Assembly: GCA_041649135.1 (NCBI GenBank)
Contig: JBAZNQ010000001.1
Span: 445,438 to 509,437, forward strand
Reading direction: 5' to 3'
Origin: Patescibacteria group bacterium
GTDB taxonomy: Bacteria; Patescibacteriota; Kazan-3B-28
Length of the DNA: 64,000 nucleotides
A program made the translations under genes and the position numbers. The notes beneath the pieces are model-generated. The model saw nothing but the letters and a program-made list of their open reading frames with translations. It was not told where the DNA came from and searched no databases. Shown in pieces: positions 1 through 8,435 of the stretch. Position 1 is the stretch's first letter. Every line of letters begins with the position of its first letter.

Positions 1-135
1 CAACGTCGAGGCCATCCTGGCCCTTAGCGTCGAAATACCGCTGGCGCCGTTGCCCTTCGTCGATTGTCGAATCCGGAGATTGAGCCGAACTCGTCAATAC
101 CATAAAGAGCAGCCACAAAACTACGAGACCTCTCA
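1..135 (-). CDS. Partial CDS (N-terminal ~45 aa) of a secreted protein; the C-terminus lies beyond the window start
   Basis: Minus-strand ATG at 133-135 with a GAGGAG RBS about 8 nt upstream. The N-terminus MRGLVVLWLLFMVLTSSAQS is signal-peptide-like. Confidence 0.3.
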
Positions 136-200
136 TTGTTAACTCCTCAAAGAGCAGTTTCCTACTCTCTAAGTATAGCCCCGCCTTATTCAAAGAACCA

Positions 201-226
201 AAAACCACCTCATGGTGGCCTATTCG
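201..226 (-). terminator. Intrinsic terminator hairpin (CCACCTCATGGTGG) followed by a T-run on the minus strand, downstream of the 268..621 gene
   Basis: 5-bp GC stem plus TTTTT on the minus strand, seen directly. Confidence 0.45.
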
Positions 227-267
227 TTTGTAATCCCACCGACTAACACAAATAAAAAACCAACCTG

Positions 268-621
268 CTAGCCCTTATCCCACTGATCAGCCCAAAAACC
301 CAATGTCGTGACAACTGAAGCATTCGTACTGGGTTCTAAAACCACTTTTTCTCTACCATACTTGGCAATCAGAGGAGTTATCACTTCGTCAGCCCAGGAT
401 GGAGTTAACACAGCGACCCCTGCGAAATCCAGTTCTATTTTTTCACTTTCAGGCAAGTTCTGTAACAATGACTCAACTACCAGAAACGCCTCCCTGCCAG
501 CCGGCCGAGACGAAAGTGTTGTACCAAATTTGTTCAAAATAATTTTCATCTCTCCCTTAATTAAACCATGTATTCTATCAACACATAAAGACCCCTGTAA
601 ATTTTGACACACCTCGGTCAT
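268..621 (-). CDS. STAS-like DUF4325-type small protein
   Basis: 117-aa ORF with a composition typical of the DUF4325/STAS-like family. Its start codon lies inside a Type-1 repeat (ATGACCGAGGTG = MTEV). Confidence 0.45.
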   Translation of the reverse strand: MTEVCQNLQGSLCVDRIHGLIKGEMKIILNKFGTTLSSRPAGREAFLVVESLLQNLPESEKIELDFAGVAVLTPSWADEVITPLIAKYGREKVVLEPSTNASVVTTLGFWADQWDKG

Positions 622-650
622 TTGACTCGTTTTTATTTAGTCATAGACCA
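595..650. repeat. Type-1 intergenic repeat (core ACCTCGGTCATTTGACTCGTTTTTATTT), truncated copy
   Basis: Near-identical to the copies at 2565-2640, 18670-18750 and 25425-25500. Confidence 0.8.
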
Positions 651-671
651 TTCCGTAACCTTGGCGAAGGA

Positions 672-770
672 TGGCTCCCTCTACTGGATAAGTTTAGAAC
701 TTTGGATTGGGTAAAAGTGAGGAAAGAGTTGGATGAGTTCAATATTACATTATCACCTGCTACACTCTGA
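672..770. repeat. Type-3 repeat: ORF-like fragment (…WLPLLDKFRTLDWVKVRKELDEF…*), homologous to 26098-26215
   Basis: About 75% nucleotide identity with the second copy. Several differences are synonymous in one frame. There is no start codon, so it is a gene-fragment relic. Confidence 0.6.
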
Positions 771-772
771 TT

Positions 773-1207
773 ATGGTAAAAATCGCTCTAATCATCGCAA
801 ACAAGCTCCGTGAAATATGGTGGTTTATAGCACGACCAACAACCCAAGGCGTAAAAGCCATTATTATCAATAATGATAAATTTTTGATGGTTAGGCTCAG
901 TTATTTTCCAAACACATGGACATTCCCTGGAGGCGGTATAAATAAAAATGAGTCCCCTAAAGAGGCTATCGTTAGAGAGTGCGAAGAAGAAACAGGAATA
1001 ACATTGAACAGTCCCAAGCTTATAAAAACCTTTCAATTTACTCACGAATACAAAAAAGATACCGTCTATGTCTTTCAAGCTCGCACACAAACAGATACTT
1101 TAGACCCCAATTCAAAAGAAATTATTGAAGCCAAATGGTTTAATAAAAACCAATTACCAAAGATGGGTAAAATTGCTCAGAATATATTCAAAAGCTCGCT
1201 CCTGTAG
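773..1207 (+). CDS. NUDIX hydrolase
   Basis: Nudix box GGGINKNESPKEAIVRECEEETGI (GX5EX7REUXEEXGU). Confidence 0.8.
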   Translation: MVKIALIIANKLREIWWFIARPTTQGVKAIIINNDKFLMVRLSYFPNTWTFPGGGINKNESPKEAIVRECEEETGITLNSPKLIKTFQFTHEYKKDTVYVFQARTQTDTLDPNSKEIIEAKWFNKNQLPKMGKIAQNIFKSSLL

Positions 1208-1390
1208 CGACTAATTTATTCTTGGCTCAGCAACTGGGTTCAGCATCCCCACCAACGCCAGCCCTCCGAAACTCCAAAGGAGTTGGAGCGAAGGATGGGG
1301 GGAGATAATTAAGGGCTTCTGGACAGGTCTGAACGCATCTCGGTCAATTATAGAACCTTAGGAGAAAAAGAGACAAATTAAAAGGGCGGT
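1205..1390. repeat. Composite intergenic repeat: Type-1 3' portion (TTGGCTCAGCAACTGGGTTCAG) plus a degenerate Type-2 (GGAGATAAT…TAGGAGAAAAAGAGACAAAT)
   Basis: Aligns with 4538-4710 and 18820-18930. Confidence 0.6.
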
Positions 1391-1397
1391 CCTATGT

Positions 1398-2477
1398 TCA
1401 GAACCGCCCTCCAACTGACCCAATTCGGTCGAACTGCTCTTCGGATATCGGACCATCAGGTCCTTCCAGAGGAGCTAGTTGAAATTTATATTGCCAACCC
1501 AACCGCTCCAAGGCTTCGATGGATGAAGCGTCGATCTGTCTACCCACGGTTGCATATTGATGCTGACCACTCATCGCCAATAGAGTTGTTTCAGCTAGAC
1601 AGGCATAAACTCGGCCACCATTCCGAGGCAGCCCAATGTCACTTGAAATGTTCACGCCTTCTCCAGGCAGAACCACTTCTCCGCTAGCTACCACCAGTAC
1701 ATCATCCCTAGACCGTCCAAACACATCAAACGGTCTGGCAATGTCACAAACGATTGCTCCCGATTTCAAATGAGCAATGTCGATAAGTGGTTGGTTGGCA
1801 GAAGTAGCTGTAATCACAATATCAGCACGAGCTACTTCCTCCTCTAGGTTCGTTCCTCGCGTCACTTTAATCTCTTCAGCTAACTGCTGCAGCCGGTTCT
1901 TACTGGAGGAAGAGGATAGTAGCACCATCTCCCCTACCTCGCCAGCTAATGATTTAGCGCAGGCTGAACCGATACTCCCTGTGGCACCTACAATCAGAAC
2001 CCGACTATTGCGCTTAACAATACCACACCGCTGACAGATTAAATCAATCGTCTGTCGTACTGCCACTACTGTATAGCCATTACCAGTAGTGACGGGGATG
2101 GGAGACCATTGACCAATAGTCTCTCCAGCATCTCCGAAGATGCTCGTATATGCCCCCAATCCAAAGACACTACACCCACGAAACGCTGCATCATAAGTAG
2201 CAACAATCACCTTCCAGTACAACGATTCTGGATTTTCAGAGAGTATCATTTTCGTCGTAGCTGGCACAGCGTACAACAAACCAGATACTGCCCTGTCACC
2301 AGAACACACATTCCGCACTTTCCCATACCGCATTGGCGGTATTGGCACCTGACTCATCAGAGTCTCGATTTTTGCAGTAGGCAGACCTAAAAGTTCTGCC
2401 CGTTGCACGATTGGCAACTTCCGCAAATCTTCATAGCGCAGAGGATGCACTATGAACCCGAATTTGGTCGTTCTCAA
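1398..2477 (-). CDS. NAD(P)-binding Rossmann-fold oxidoreductase, putative amino-acid/shikimate-dehydrogenase-like; TTG start
   Basis: GATGSIGS dinucleotide-binding motif in a 359-aa ORF. The family assignment is tentative. Confidence 0.5.
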   Translation of the reverse strand: MRTTKFGFIVHPLRYEDLRKLPIVQRAELLGLPTAKIETLMSQVPIPPMRYGKVRNVCSGDRAVSGLLYAVPATTKMILSENPESLYWKVIVATYDAAFRGCSVFGLGAYTSIFGDAGETIGQWSPIPVTTGNGYTVVAVRQTIDLICQRCGIVKRNSRVLIVGATGSIGSACAKSLAGEVGEMVLLSSSSSKNRLQQLAEEIKVTRGTNLEEEVARADIVITATSANQPLIDIAHLKSGAIVCDIARPFDVFGRSRDDVLVVASGEVVLPGEGVNISSDIGLPRNGGRVYACLAETTLLAMSGQHQYATVGRQIDASSIEALERLGWQYKFQLAPLEGPDGPISEEQFDRIGSVGGRF

Positions 2478-2564
2478 GGTGCACCTCCTTTAGGGTTACT
2501 GGTTTCATTATAGCCACAAAATACCCAGCCGAAGGGTTATCTACAAGAATAGCCCTCAACCGAA

Positions 2565-2640
2565 ATAGGCGCTTTGAGGCACCTCGGTCACTTTACTCGT
2601 TTTTATTTGGCTCAACAGCTCGGTTCGGAATCCACGCTCT
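2565..2640. repeat. Type-1 intergenic repeat (GGCGCTTTGAGGCACCTCGGTCACTTTACTCGTTTTTATTTGGCTCAACAGCTCGGTTCGG)
   Basis: Full-length copy. A TATAAT box and an AGGAGG RBS lie between it and the downstream minus-strand gene start. Confidence 0.8.
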
Positions 2641-2731
2641 GAACATTGATTTAACGTAAGAAGCATGCTAGTGTACTGGTTGTTTCGCGCATTAACAATT
2701 AATCCAAACAAGGAAAAAAGAGGCATCAGAA

Positions 2732-3538
2732 ATGGACTCCCATGATCTTGACGGCCTTATTGACGACTTGGACAGCACCATGAATTCTCTCTTTGCCGAT
2801 TCAAGGAAGAATTGGCGAAGCATCTGGGACAAAATCAGAGAGATTGGTGCTTCGTTCAAGGGAATACGTTATCCCACGCCAGAGGATAGAATTCGCGCGT
2901 GGGATCGATTTCAGTCCCTGGTTGAGCAGATTAAAAACGCTCAAGATGATGACCGGCGACAATGGGAACAAAAATGCCGGACATCTGCTTCCCACAAGGA
3001 CAGGATTCTAGGTTGCATCTACTCGCCCAACGCTCTCAGCGGCGGAATTGCTGATCTCGTCGTCTCCGCCGACAATAACGAGCTGTCAACTGCCTCATCT
3101 GCATTAAAGGGGGGATGGAACTTGCTTAGTTCCTGCAAAGACGAGATGTTAGGACGTGACAAACAGGAGGCCTTCAGGGCCTTGTCCAATGCTCAAGCTC
3201 TACTGAATCAAGCGTGGGACCATTACAGGTCTGCCAAACGATCCGCCCACGAAGCACAGCAACGAGCTTGGGAAGAAAAACAGCGAGCTTGGCAGCAAAG
3301 AGTCCAAGACAACATCGATAAACTCGAAACTCGAATCGACAAGCTAAATGAGATGAAAAACAGAAAAGAATCTCATATTTCACAGCTTCAGAGCGACATC
3401 AGCTGTGGCGGTAGCGACAACTATGTTGAGAGAGTGGAGGGCTGGATTGATGAAGAAGAAGGCCGACTCCAGGATATTAACGAGCAGATCAGCCAAGTCG
3501 AAGGATGGCTCAGCGAAGCACGAGACAAACTTCGATAA
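2732..3538 (+). CDS. Hypothetical coiled-coil protein
   Basis: 268-aa ORF, Q/E/R-rich predicted coiled coil, with a terminator downstream. Confidence 0.5.
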   Translation: MDSHDLDGLIDDLDSTMNSLFADSRKNWRSIWDKIREIGASFKGIRYPTPEDRIRAWDRFQSLVEQIKNAQDDDRRQWEQKCRTSASHKDRILGCIYSPNALSGGIADLVVSADNNELSTASSALKGGWNLLSSCKDEMLGRDKQEAFRALSNAQALLNQAWDHYRSAKRSAHEAQQRAWEEKQRAWQQRVQDNIDKLETRIDKLNEMKNRKESHISQLQSDISCGGSDNYVERVEGWIDEEEGRLQDINEQISQVEGWLSEARDKLR

Positions 3539-3568
3539 TGGTGATGAACCCTTTTTAGATACTAACAG

Positions 3569-3598
3569 CCCCTCGAATCTCGAGGGGCTGCTTTTTAA
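3569..3598 (+). terminator. Intrinsic terminator (AGCCCCTCGA/TCGAGGGGCT stem then GCTTTTT)
   Basis: Perfect 10-bp stem plus T-run, seen directly. Confidence 0.6.
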
Positions 3599-3642
3599 GT
3601 AGAGCTCCCAGGGTCAGGCTTACCCTAATCCAATCCCGCTCC

Positions 3643-4197
3643 TTAGATCTCAACATCTAGTTGACAGGGACACTTGCGTCGAAACATCCAGCGCCTGCCA
3701 CCCTGAAAATGATCACTCGGGAAACCCGGAGTCGCCCATAGTGAATGGCCTTGGTTGCTATGTCCAACACCAAAAATGAATGGAACGAAGCCCAAAATCC
3801 CACGAATCGGCTCCATGGCCACGAAACGCCATACGTTCCTGGATTGATTGTGGCACTGCTTGCACAACTCTGGACCGGCCCAGGCCGGTAGAAGGCCACC
3901 ACCGATATTGCTGATACCGGTAAAAATCTCGGCTAGAGTTGGGGAACGCTTATTCGTCAGTTCCCGGCCGGTAGCTTCCCCTACCTCCACTGTGTTGATT
4001 TCGAAACCCGCCTTGAATGCCGTTTCCGACATGATTTCTTGGGCAAAGGTCTCAACGCAATGACCGTCCCTCTCCAGCATCGCAATGTAGCTCGCTACAT
4101 CGTCGCAGCTCCGAGTCAGCGTCATCCATACTGGACGCTGTAGTAGCCGATAATGTGTTTTTGCAGCCACAGCAATGTGCTGATCTTGATCCATCAA
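3643..4197 (-). CDS. Hypothetical protein
   Basis: 184-aa ORF with no recognisable motif. Confidence 0.4.
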   Translation of the reverse strand: MMDQDQHIAVAAKTHYRLLQRPVWMTLTRSCDDVASYIAMLERDGHCVETFAQEIMSETAFKAGFEINTVEVGEATGRELTNKRSPTLAEIFTGISNIGGGLLPAWAGPELCKQCHNQSRNVWRFVAMEPIRGILGFVPFIFGVGHSNQGHSLWATPGFPSDHFQGGRRWMFRRKCPCQLDVEI

Positions 4198-4351
4198 GTA
4201 TCTCTTATTGGTTCGCCTTATTGTTAAGGCGTTGATGGGTGATTTCCCTGAAGAATTCAGGAGCCATCGACATTTTCAGGGTAGCGCAAAAGCTATCCAT
4301 TGTCAAAAAATTCCCGCTCTGGGGGCTACTTCTTAGTACACCTCAAAAGAG

Positions 4352-4710
4352 ACCCTTCGGACCTCGGTCACTTTACTCGCCTGCCCGCCCGTAGTCCGGC
4401 GGACGAAGGAGAGTTTTTATTTGGCCCCGTTAGCATTCCTTACTGAAAAACGAAGTTCCTTCTGTTATTTCAGTAGCGTCAGCTCCGGGACGCACCTGTC
4501 TGGCTCTTCTGTAATCCAGTAGATGTCGCCAACATGTGGCTCAACAGCTCGGTTCAGATTGCATCCCCAAGGAGATAATTTGGGACTTTTGAAAGGGAGC
4601 TCGGGCAAGTGGGTCAGTTGTAGAACCCATAGGAGAAAATGAGACAAATGAGACAGTGGCAGAGGGGTGTGTTTCACTATAGATTTTAGTTGGATTTTGT
4701 GACGTAATCA
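4352..4710. repeat. Full composite repeat (Type-1 with a 34-bp insertion, a TGGCTCAACAGCTCGGTTCAG block, and Type-2 GGAGATAAT…CCCATAGGAGAAAATGAGACAAATGAGACAGTGGCAGAGGGG…)
   Basis: Best-preserved copy of the family. The overlapping ORF 4465..4677 (MKHTPLPLSHLSHFLL…) is a translation of the repeat. Confidence 0.75.
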
Positions 4711-4726
4711 CCACCGCTTAATAGAG

Positions 4727-5497
4727 CTAATCTAGGGCGCCAATTATTGCCTTGAAATACTTCACCAATACAATCAGACTAATCCCAACCAGAAACAGAA
4801 CAGTTTGGTAAATCGTCATACTCAACGATCTTTCTCTGATAAGGTCTGGCGTCAACTCGGCCAATGCAACGTACAGAAACACGCCGGCGGTAAAAGGTGC
4901 TGCCAACGTCAAAGACACCTTGAATAAAACTGGTAATAACAGTGACACACCCGCTCCAACAAACGACATAAATACCGCGAGTACATTAATCCGATTTGCC
5001 AATAGATTACCAACCCCCGCTCGACGCAAAATGACATAATTCGAAATCTCTTGCGGTATTTGATGGATAACTACTGCAATAGTCGTAGCAATCCCGATTT
5101 GTAAACCAGCCACATAACTACTGGCTATCACCAAACCGTCAACAAAGCTTTGGGTGGAAAAGCCGAACATATTACTAACCGCCGCATGATTACGTCGAGA
5201 CATCCGCACTTTGTACTTCAACTCTCGCCAAGTAATAGTCTGCTCTAGCAAAAACATCAATACGACCCCAGCTACAATGGATACCGTTACAGATGTAGTC
5301 CAGCCATCGTGCACAGCTTTCGGCAATAGATAAATCAGCGCATCTCCAATCAGCGCCCCCGCCGCCAACGCCATAAAACAACCTAAAATTCGATTAAGAT
5401 GCTCCCCCTTCTTTGGAACAACTTTAACAATAAAGTTGGCCAGGATTGCCAACAACCCAGTGCTAACCAGTGCGTAGATATAAACCCAAGAGGCCAT
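4727..5497 (-). CDS. zupT: ZIP-family divalent metal (zinc) transporter
   Basis: Multi-TM protein with an HQIPQEISNYVIL motif, resembling the ZIP signature HNxPEGxA. Confidence 0.7.
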   Translation of the reverse strand: MASWVYIYALVSTGLLAILANFIVKVVPKKGEHLNRILGCFMALAAGALIGDALIYLLPKAVHDGWTTSVTVSIVAGVVLMFLLEQTITWRELKYKVRMSRRNHAAVSNMFGFSTQSFVDGLVIASSYVAGLQIGIATTIAVVIHQIPQEISNYVILRRAGVGNLLANRINVLAVFMSFVGAGVSLLLPVLFKVSLTLAAPFTAGVFLYVALAELTPDLIRERSLSMTIYQTVLFLVGISLIVLVKYFKAIIGALD

Positions 5498-5559
5498 TAC
5501 TTAAAAAGCGTTATACATATTACAACGTTGTCGCTATTAGTATAACCTACTTAAAACCT

Positions 5560-5640
5560 TGGAGACAAATGAGACAGTGGCAGGGCCTACTGTTTTGGGC
5601 TGGATTTTGGAGGAGTTTTGTAGCCTTGTGATGGGATAGG
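5560..5640. repeat. Type-2 repeat copy (GGAGACAAATGAGACAGTGGCAGGG…TTTTGG)
   Basis: Shares the GAGACAAATGAGACAGTGGCAGG core. Confidence 0.7.
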
Positions 5641-5775
5641 TTGGCAAACGGCTTTCATCAAAACGAGTAGTTTTGTAGCCTGTTCCAGGGCATCCTTCTT
5701 ACTGATTTTAACTCCAAACTCCTTCTCGTAGATTCGCTGGAATTCGGATATTTCTTTATCAGTTAATTGCATCAA
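5587..5775 (-). CDS. Small protein (62 aa), paralog of the 29413..29640 product
   Basis: Shared motif EFxRIYxKEFGVKISKKDALEQATKLLVLM versus EFARLYKNAYGIKLTHEQAESKAKALLNLVIAM. Confidence 0.4.
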   Translation of the reverse strand: MMQLTDKEISEFQRIYEKEFGVKISKKDALEQATKLLVLMKAVCQPIPSQGYKTPPKSSPKQ

Positions 5776-6065
5776 AAGAATCCCAAAGTAATACTTTTCT
5801 ATTATACCCCCGCCTCATAGGTGTTGGACTTAGTATACTTTGTGATACTTTATCATACTTTTATATACTTCCAGAGCGACTTTTTTTGACATTTATTATA
5901 TATGTGTTCTAAAATAATAGTAGAAAACCACAATTAGGTAATTAAGGAAACTAACGAGTTTCTTTTGCTGCACGGGAAACCCCGGACAAAAGCAGAAGCC
6001 AGTCAAGGCTGGCCAAAATGCATTGCCGGGTTTTTATACATATTAGTTAATTGAAGGAGGTCAGC

Positions 6066-6605
6066 ATGAAAGTGGTAATCACGTCAGATATAAAAAACGA
6101 AATTAAAATGCTACAAAGAATGGTCCCGTGGCTACAGCGAGGCAATTTAGAAGAAATCAGTCTCAAGCCAAATCATCCAGCCGTTGTTACCCACTTCCCT
6201 CTGAGCGAGGCGGTTAACAGTGAAACCACCGTTGCCAGGTTAGTCAAAAGAGGTCGAAGACTTTTTCTGGTCATTGATAAGTTAGAGATTAATATGGAAC
6301 TGCAGGAGTTCCAGTCCGACTCTCGTGCCAATATTCTAATGAATTACCTGCTTGAGCAGCGACCCGGAGAAATAATCAACATCCTGGAGTTACCCGATTC
6401 AATTCATGAGATTAGCGGACTGAAACTCAGAGACACTTTCCGAAAGATGCACCACTGGAAAGCATTTGAGAAGTACTTCATGCTCAAAAATACCAAACAA
6501 GATTTTGGGATTAGCAATCAGATATTTTTGACTCCACTAGAGACCAACCAGCTCCTCAAAGCATTTAATATCAAATGGCAAGAACCGGAACAAACAAGTA
6601 AATAA
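6066..6605 (+). CDS. Hypothetical protein
   Basis: ATG with a GGAGG RBS 6 nt upstream. It is the first gene of a plus-strand phage-like block. Confidence 0.5.
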   Translation: MKVVITSDIKNEIKMLQRMVPWLQRGNLEEISLKPNHPAVVTHFPLSEAVNSETTVARLVKRGRRLFLVIDKLEINMELQEFQSDSRANILMNYLLEQRPGEIINILELPDSIHEISGLKLRDTFRKMHHWKAFEKYFMLKNTKQDFGISNQIFLTPLETNQLLKAFNIKWQEPEQTSK

Positions 6606-6696
6606 CAGATGAGCGACAACGGAACATTAAAGAACTCCCGCTTGGGAGTTCTTTTTGATTCTACGATTGGGTCAGTTATATTTTTAAAAAGATCTT

Positions 6697-8022
6697 ATGA
6701 AAAAAGATACTTTGGCCGTTTGCTACCTGCCGGTCTCCGAGCTCAAACCGAGCACATATAATCCCCGTCGTTGGAATGAGTCAGCGATTCAACAGCTGAC
6801 CGACAGCGTCCGTAAGTTTGGGATGGTCGATCCCATTCTCGCAAATTCTGCCCCCGGCAGAGAAAACATTATTATAGGGGGTCATTTCCGCTTGAAGGTG
6901 GCCAAAGACCTCGGCATTAAAGAAGTGCCAGTTGTTTTCGTTAATATCCCCGAGATTGAGCGTGAAAAGGAATTAAACCTTCGCCTCAACCACAACCTTG
7001 GCGCTTGGGACTTAGACCTGTTAGCTGAGTTTGATCCCGCCCTCCTACAAGATGTAGGTTTTTCCAGCGAGGAAATGGACGAGATTACTGGTATCGATGA
7101 AAATCCCGAAACCTTTGACCTCCAAAAAGAGTTAGACAAACTGGGCATCACAGACATCGACATCCAGAAAGGTGACCTATGGAAATTAGGTGACCACTAC
7201 CTTGCTTGTGGCGATTCTACAGATGAAGCACATATCACTGGGCTGGTATGTGAAACCGCTCCATCATTCTGTTTGACCGACCCCCCGTACCTGTTGGACT
7301 ATCTCAAAGGCAAGAAAAAACATGGCAAACCAACTGAAGGGTTTGGCTTTAAACGAGATCGTAAATATCTCGAAACTGACAAACTGGACGACGACTTCAC
7401 CGAGAAATGGATGGCAAATATCGCTAAGGTCGCATCACCTAACTTCTCAATTCTCTGTTATGAAAATTGGAAGAACATTCCGATTATTTGGGGTGAGATG
7501 GCAAAGTACTGGAAGATCAAGAACATGATTGTCTGGCACACCCCCAACCGCAATCAAGGGTTCGCCGCGAAGTATAAGTTTTTCAGCAAGCACGATATCG
7601 CCATGGTCGGGCAAAGCGGTGAACCGACTATGAACTTAGAGCCGGAAGATGAGCTGTTGCAAAACGAATACGAAACGGCGTTGTTTGCCATTCAAGGTAA
7701 ACCCCAATGGGAGGGCTACGAGAAAGGTAAGAAGTACCAACCGACTGACTTCATCGAGTTTAATGTGGCCGACGAGAAAAGTTCTGGCCAAGGGATTATC
7801 TTTGGGGTTAAGCCAATCGAAATCTTAATCCCCTACATCAAGGTGCTGACTAAACGTGGAGATTGGGTAATTGAGCCATTCGGCGGTTCGGGCTCAACTT
7901 TGATCGCTTGTGAAAAACTCGGAAGAAAATGCTACATTTCCGAAAAATCTCCTACATACGCTTGTGTGATTCGGAACAGATGGGAAAAGCTGACCGGGCA
8001 GAAGGGAGTGAAAGTACGATGA
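6697..8022 (+). CDS. ParB-like nuclease N-domain fused to a DNA N6-adenine/N4-cytosine methyltransferase
   Basis: ParB-N motifs in the N-terminal half (GGHFRLKVAKDLG). A DPPY motif (LTDPPYL) and FGGSGST in the C-terminal half. Confidence 0.8.
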   Translation: MKKDTLAVCYLPVSELKPSTYNPRRWNESAIQQLTDSVRKFGMVDPILANSAPGRENIIIGGHFRLKVAKDLGIKEVPVVFVNIPEIEREKELNLRLNHNLGAWDLDLLAEFDPALLQDVGFSSEEMDEITGIDENPETFDLQKELDKLGITDIDIQKGDLWKLGDHYLACGDSTDEAHITGLVCETAPSFCLTDPPYLLDYLKGKKKHGKPTEGFGFKRDRKYLETDKLDDDFTEKWMANIAKVASPNFSILCYENWKNIPIIWGEMAKYWKIKNMIVWHTPNRNQGFAAKYKFFSKHDIAMVGQSGEPTMNLEPEDELLQNEYETALFAIQGKPQWEGYEKGKKYQPTDFIEFNVADEKSSGQGIIFGVKPIEILIPYIKVLTKRGDWVIEPFGGSGSTLIACEKLGRKCYISEKSPTYACVIRNRWEKLTGQKGVKVR

Positions 8023-8435
8023 AAACAATGAGCCAAAAAGAAGAAGTGTTGGAAATTCTCCGTCGAACACCCATCGTGGCCACAGCTTGTCAGAAATGTG
8101 GCATCAGTCGCGCGACCCTTTACCGTTGGAAACAAGAAAGTAAAACCTTCGCTCAGCAAGTGGACAAGGCATTAGCTGAGGGCTGCGACTTGATTAACGA
8201 CCTTGCCGAGTCTCAACTTTTGACGGCGATTAAAAATCAGAATCTCACCAGCATCATGTTCTGGCTCCGCAACAGACATTCGTCCTACGCCGAGAAGTTG
8301 CAGGTGATGGCACAAGTAGAACACAAGAATGCTACGTTGACACCAGCCCAACGAGCAATCATCAAAAAAGCATTCACGCTGGCCGGAATCTATAAGAATA
8401 AATTAATTGGAGGTAAAAATGTCGGATCAAAATGA
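8019..8435 (+). CDS. Phage terminase small subunit-like HTH protein
   Basis: ATGA overlap with the upstream gene. HTH (ATACQKCGISRATLYRWKQ). Sits immediately upstream of the large terminase. Confidence 0.55.
   Translation: MKTMSQKEEVLEILRRTPIVATACQKCGISRATLYRWKQESKTFAQQVDKALAEGCDLINDLAESQLLTAIKNQNLTSIMFWLRNRHSSYAEKLQVMAQVEHKNATLTPAQRAIIKKAFTLAGIYKNKLIGGKNVGSK

Noticed and set aside
4465-4677. 70-aa ORF (MKHTPLPLSHLSHFLL…) on the minus strand
   Set aside because: It lies entirely within the Type-1/Type-2 composite repeat. The same translation recurs wherever the repeat occurs, so it is repeat-derived and not an independent gene.
7929-8018. N-terminal 30 aa of the ORF-track small terminase call
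   Set aside because: It lies inside the upstream methyltransferase gene. An ATGA start/stop overlap at 8019 gives a cleaner operon structure.
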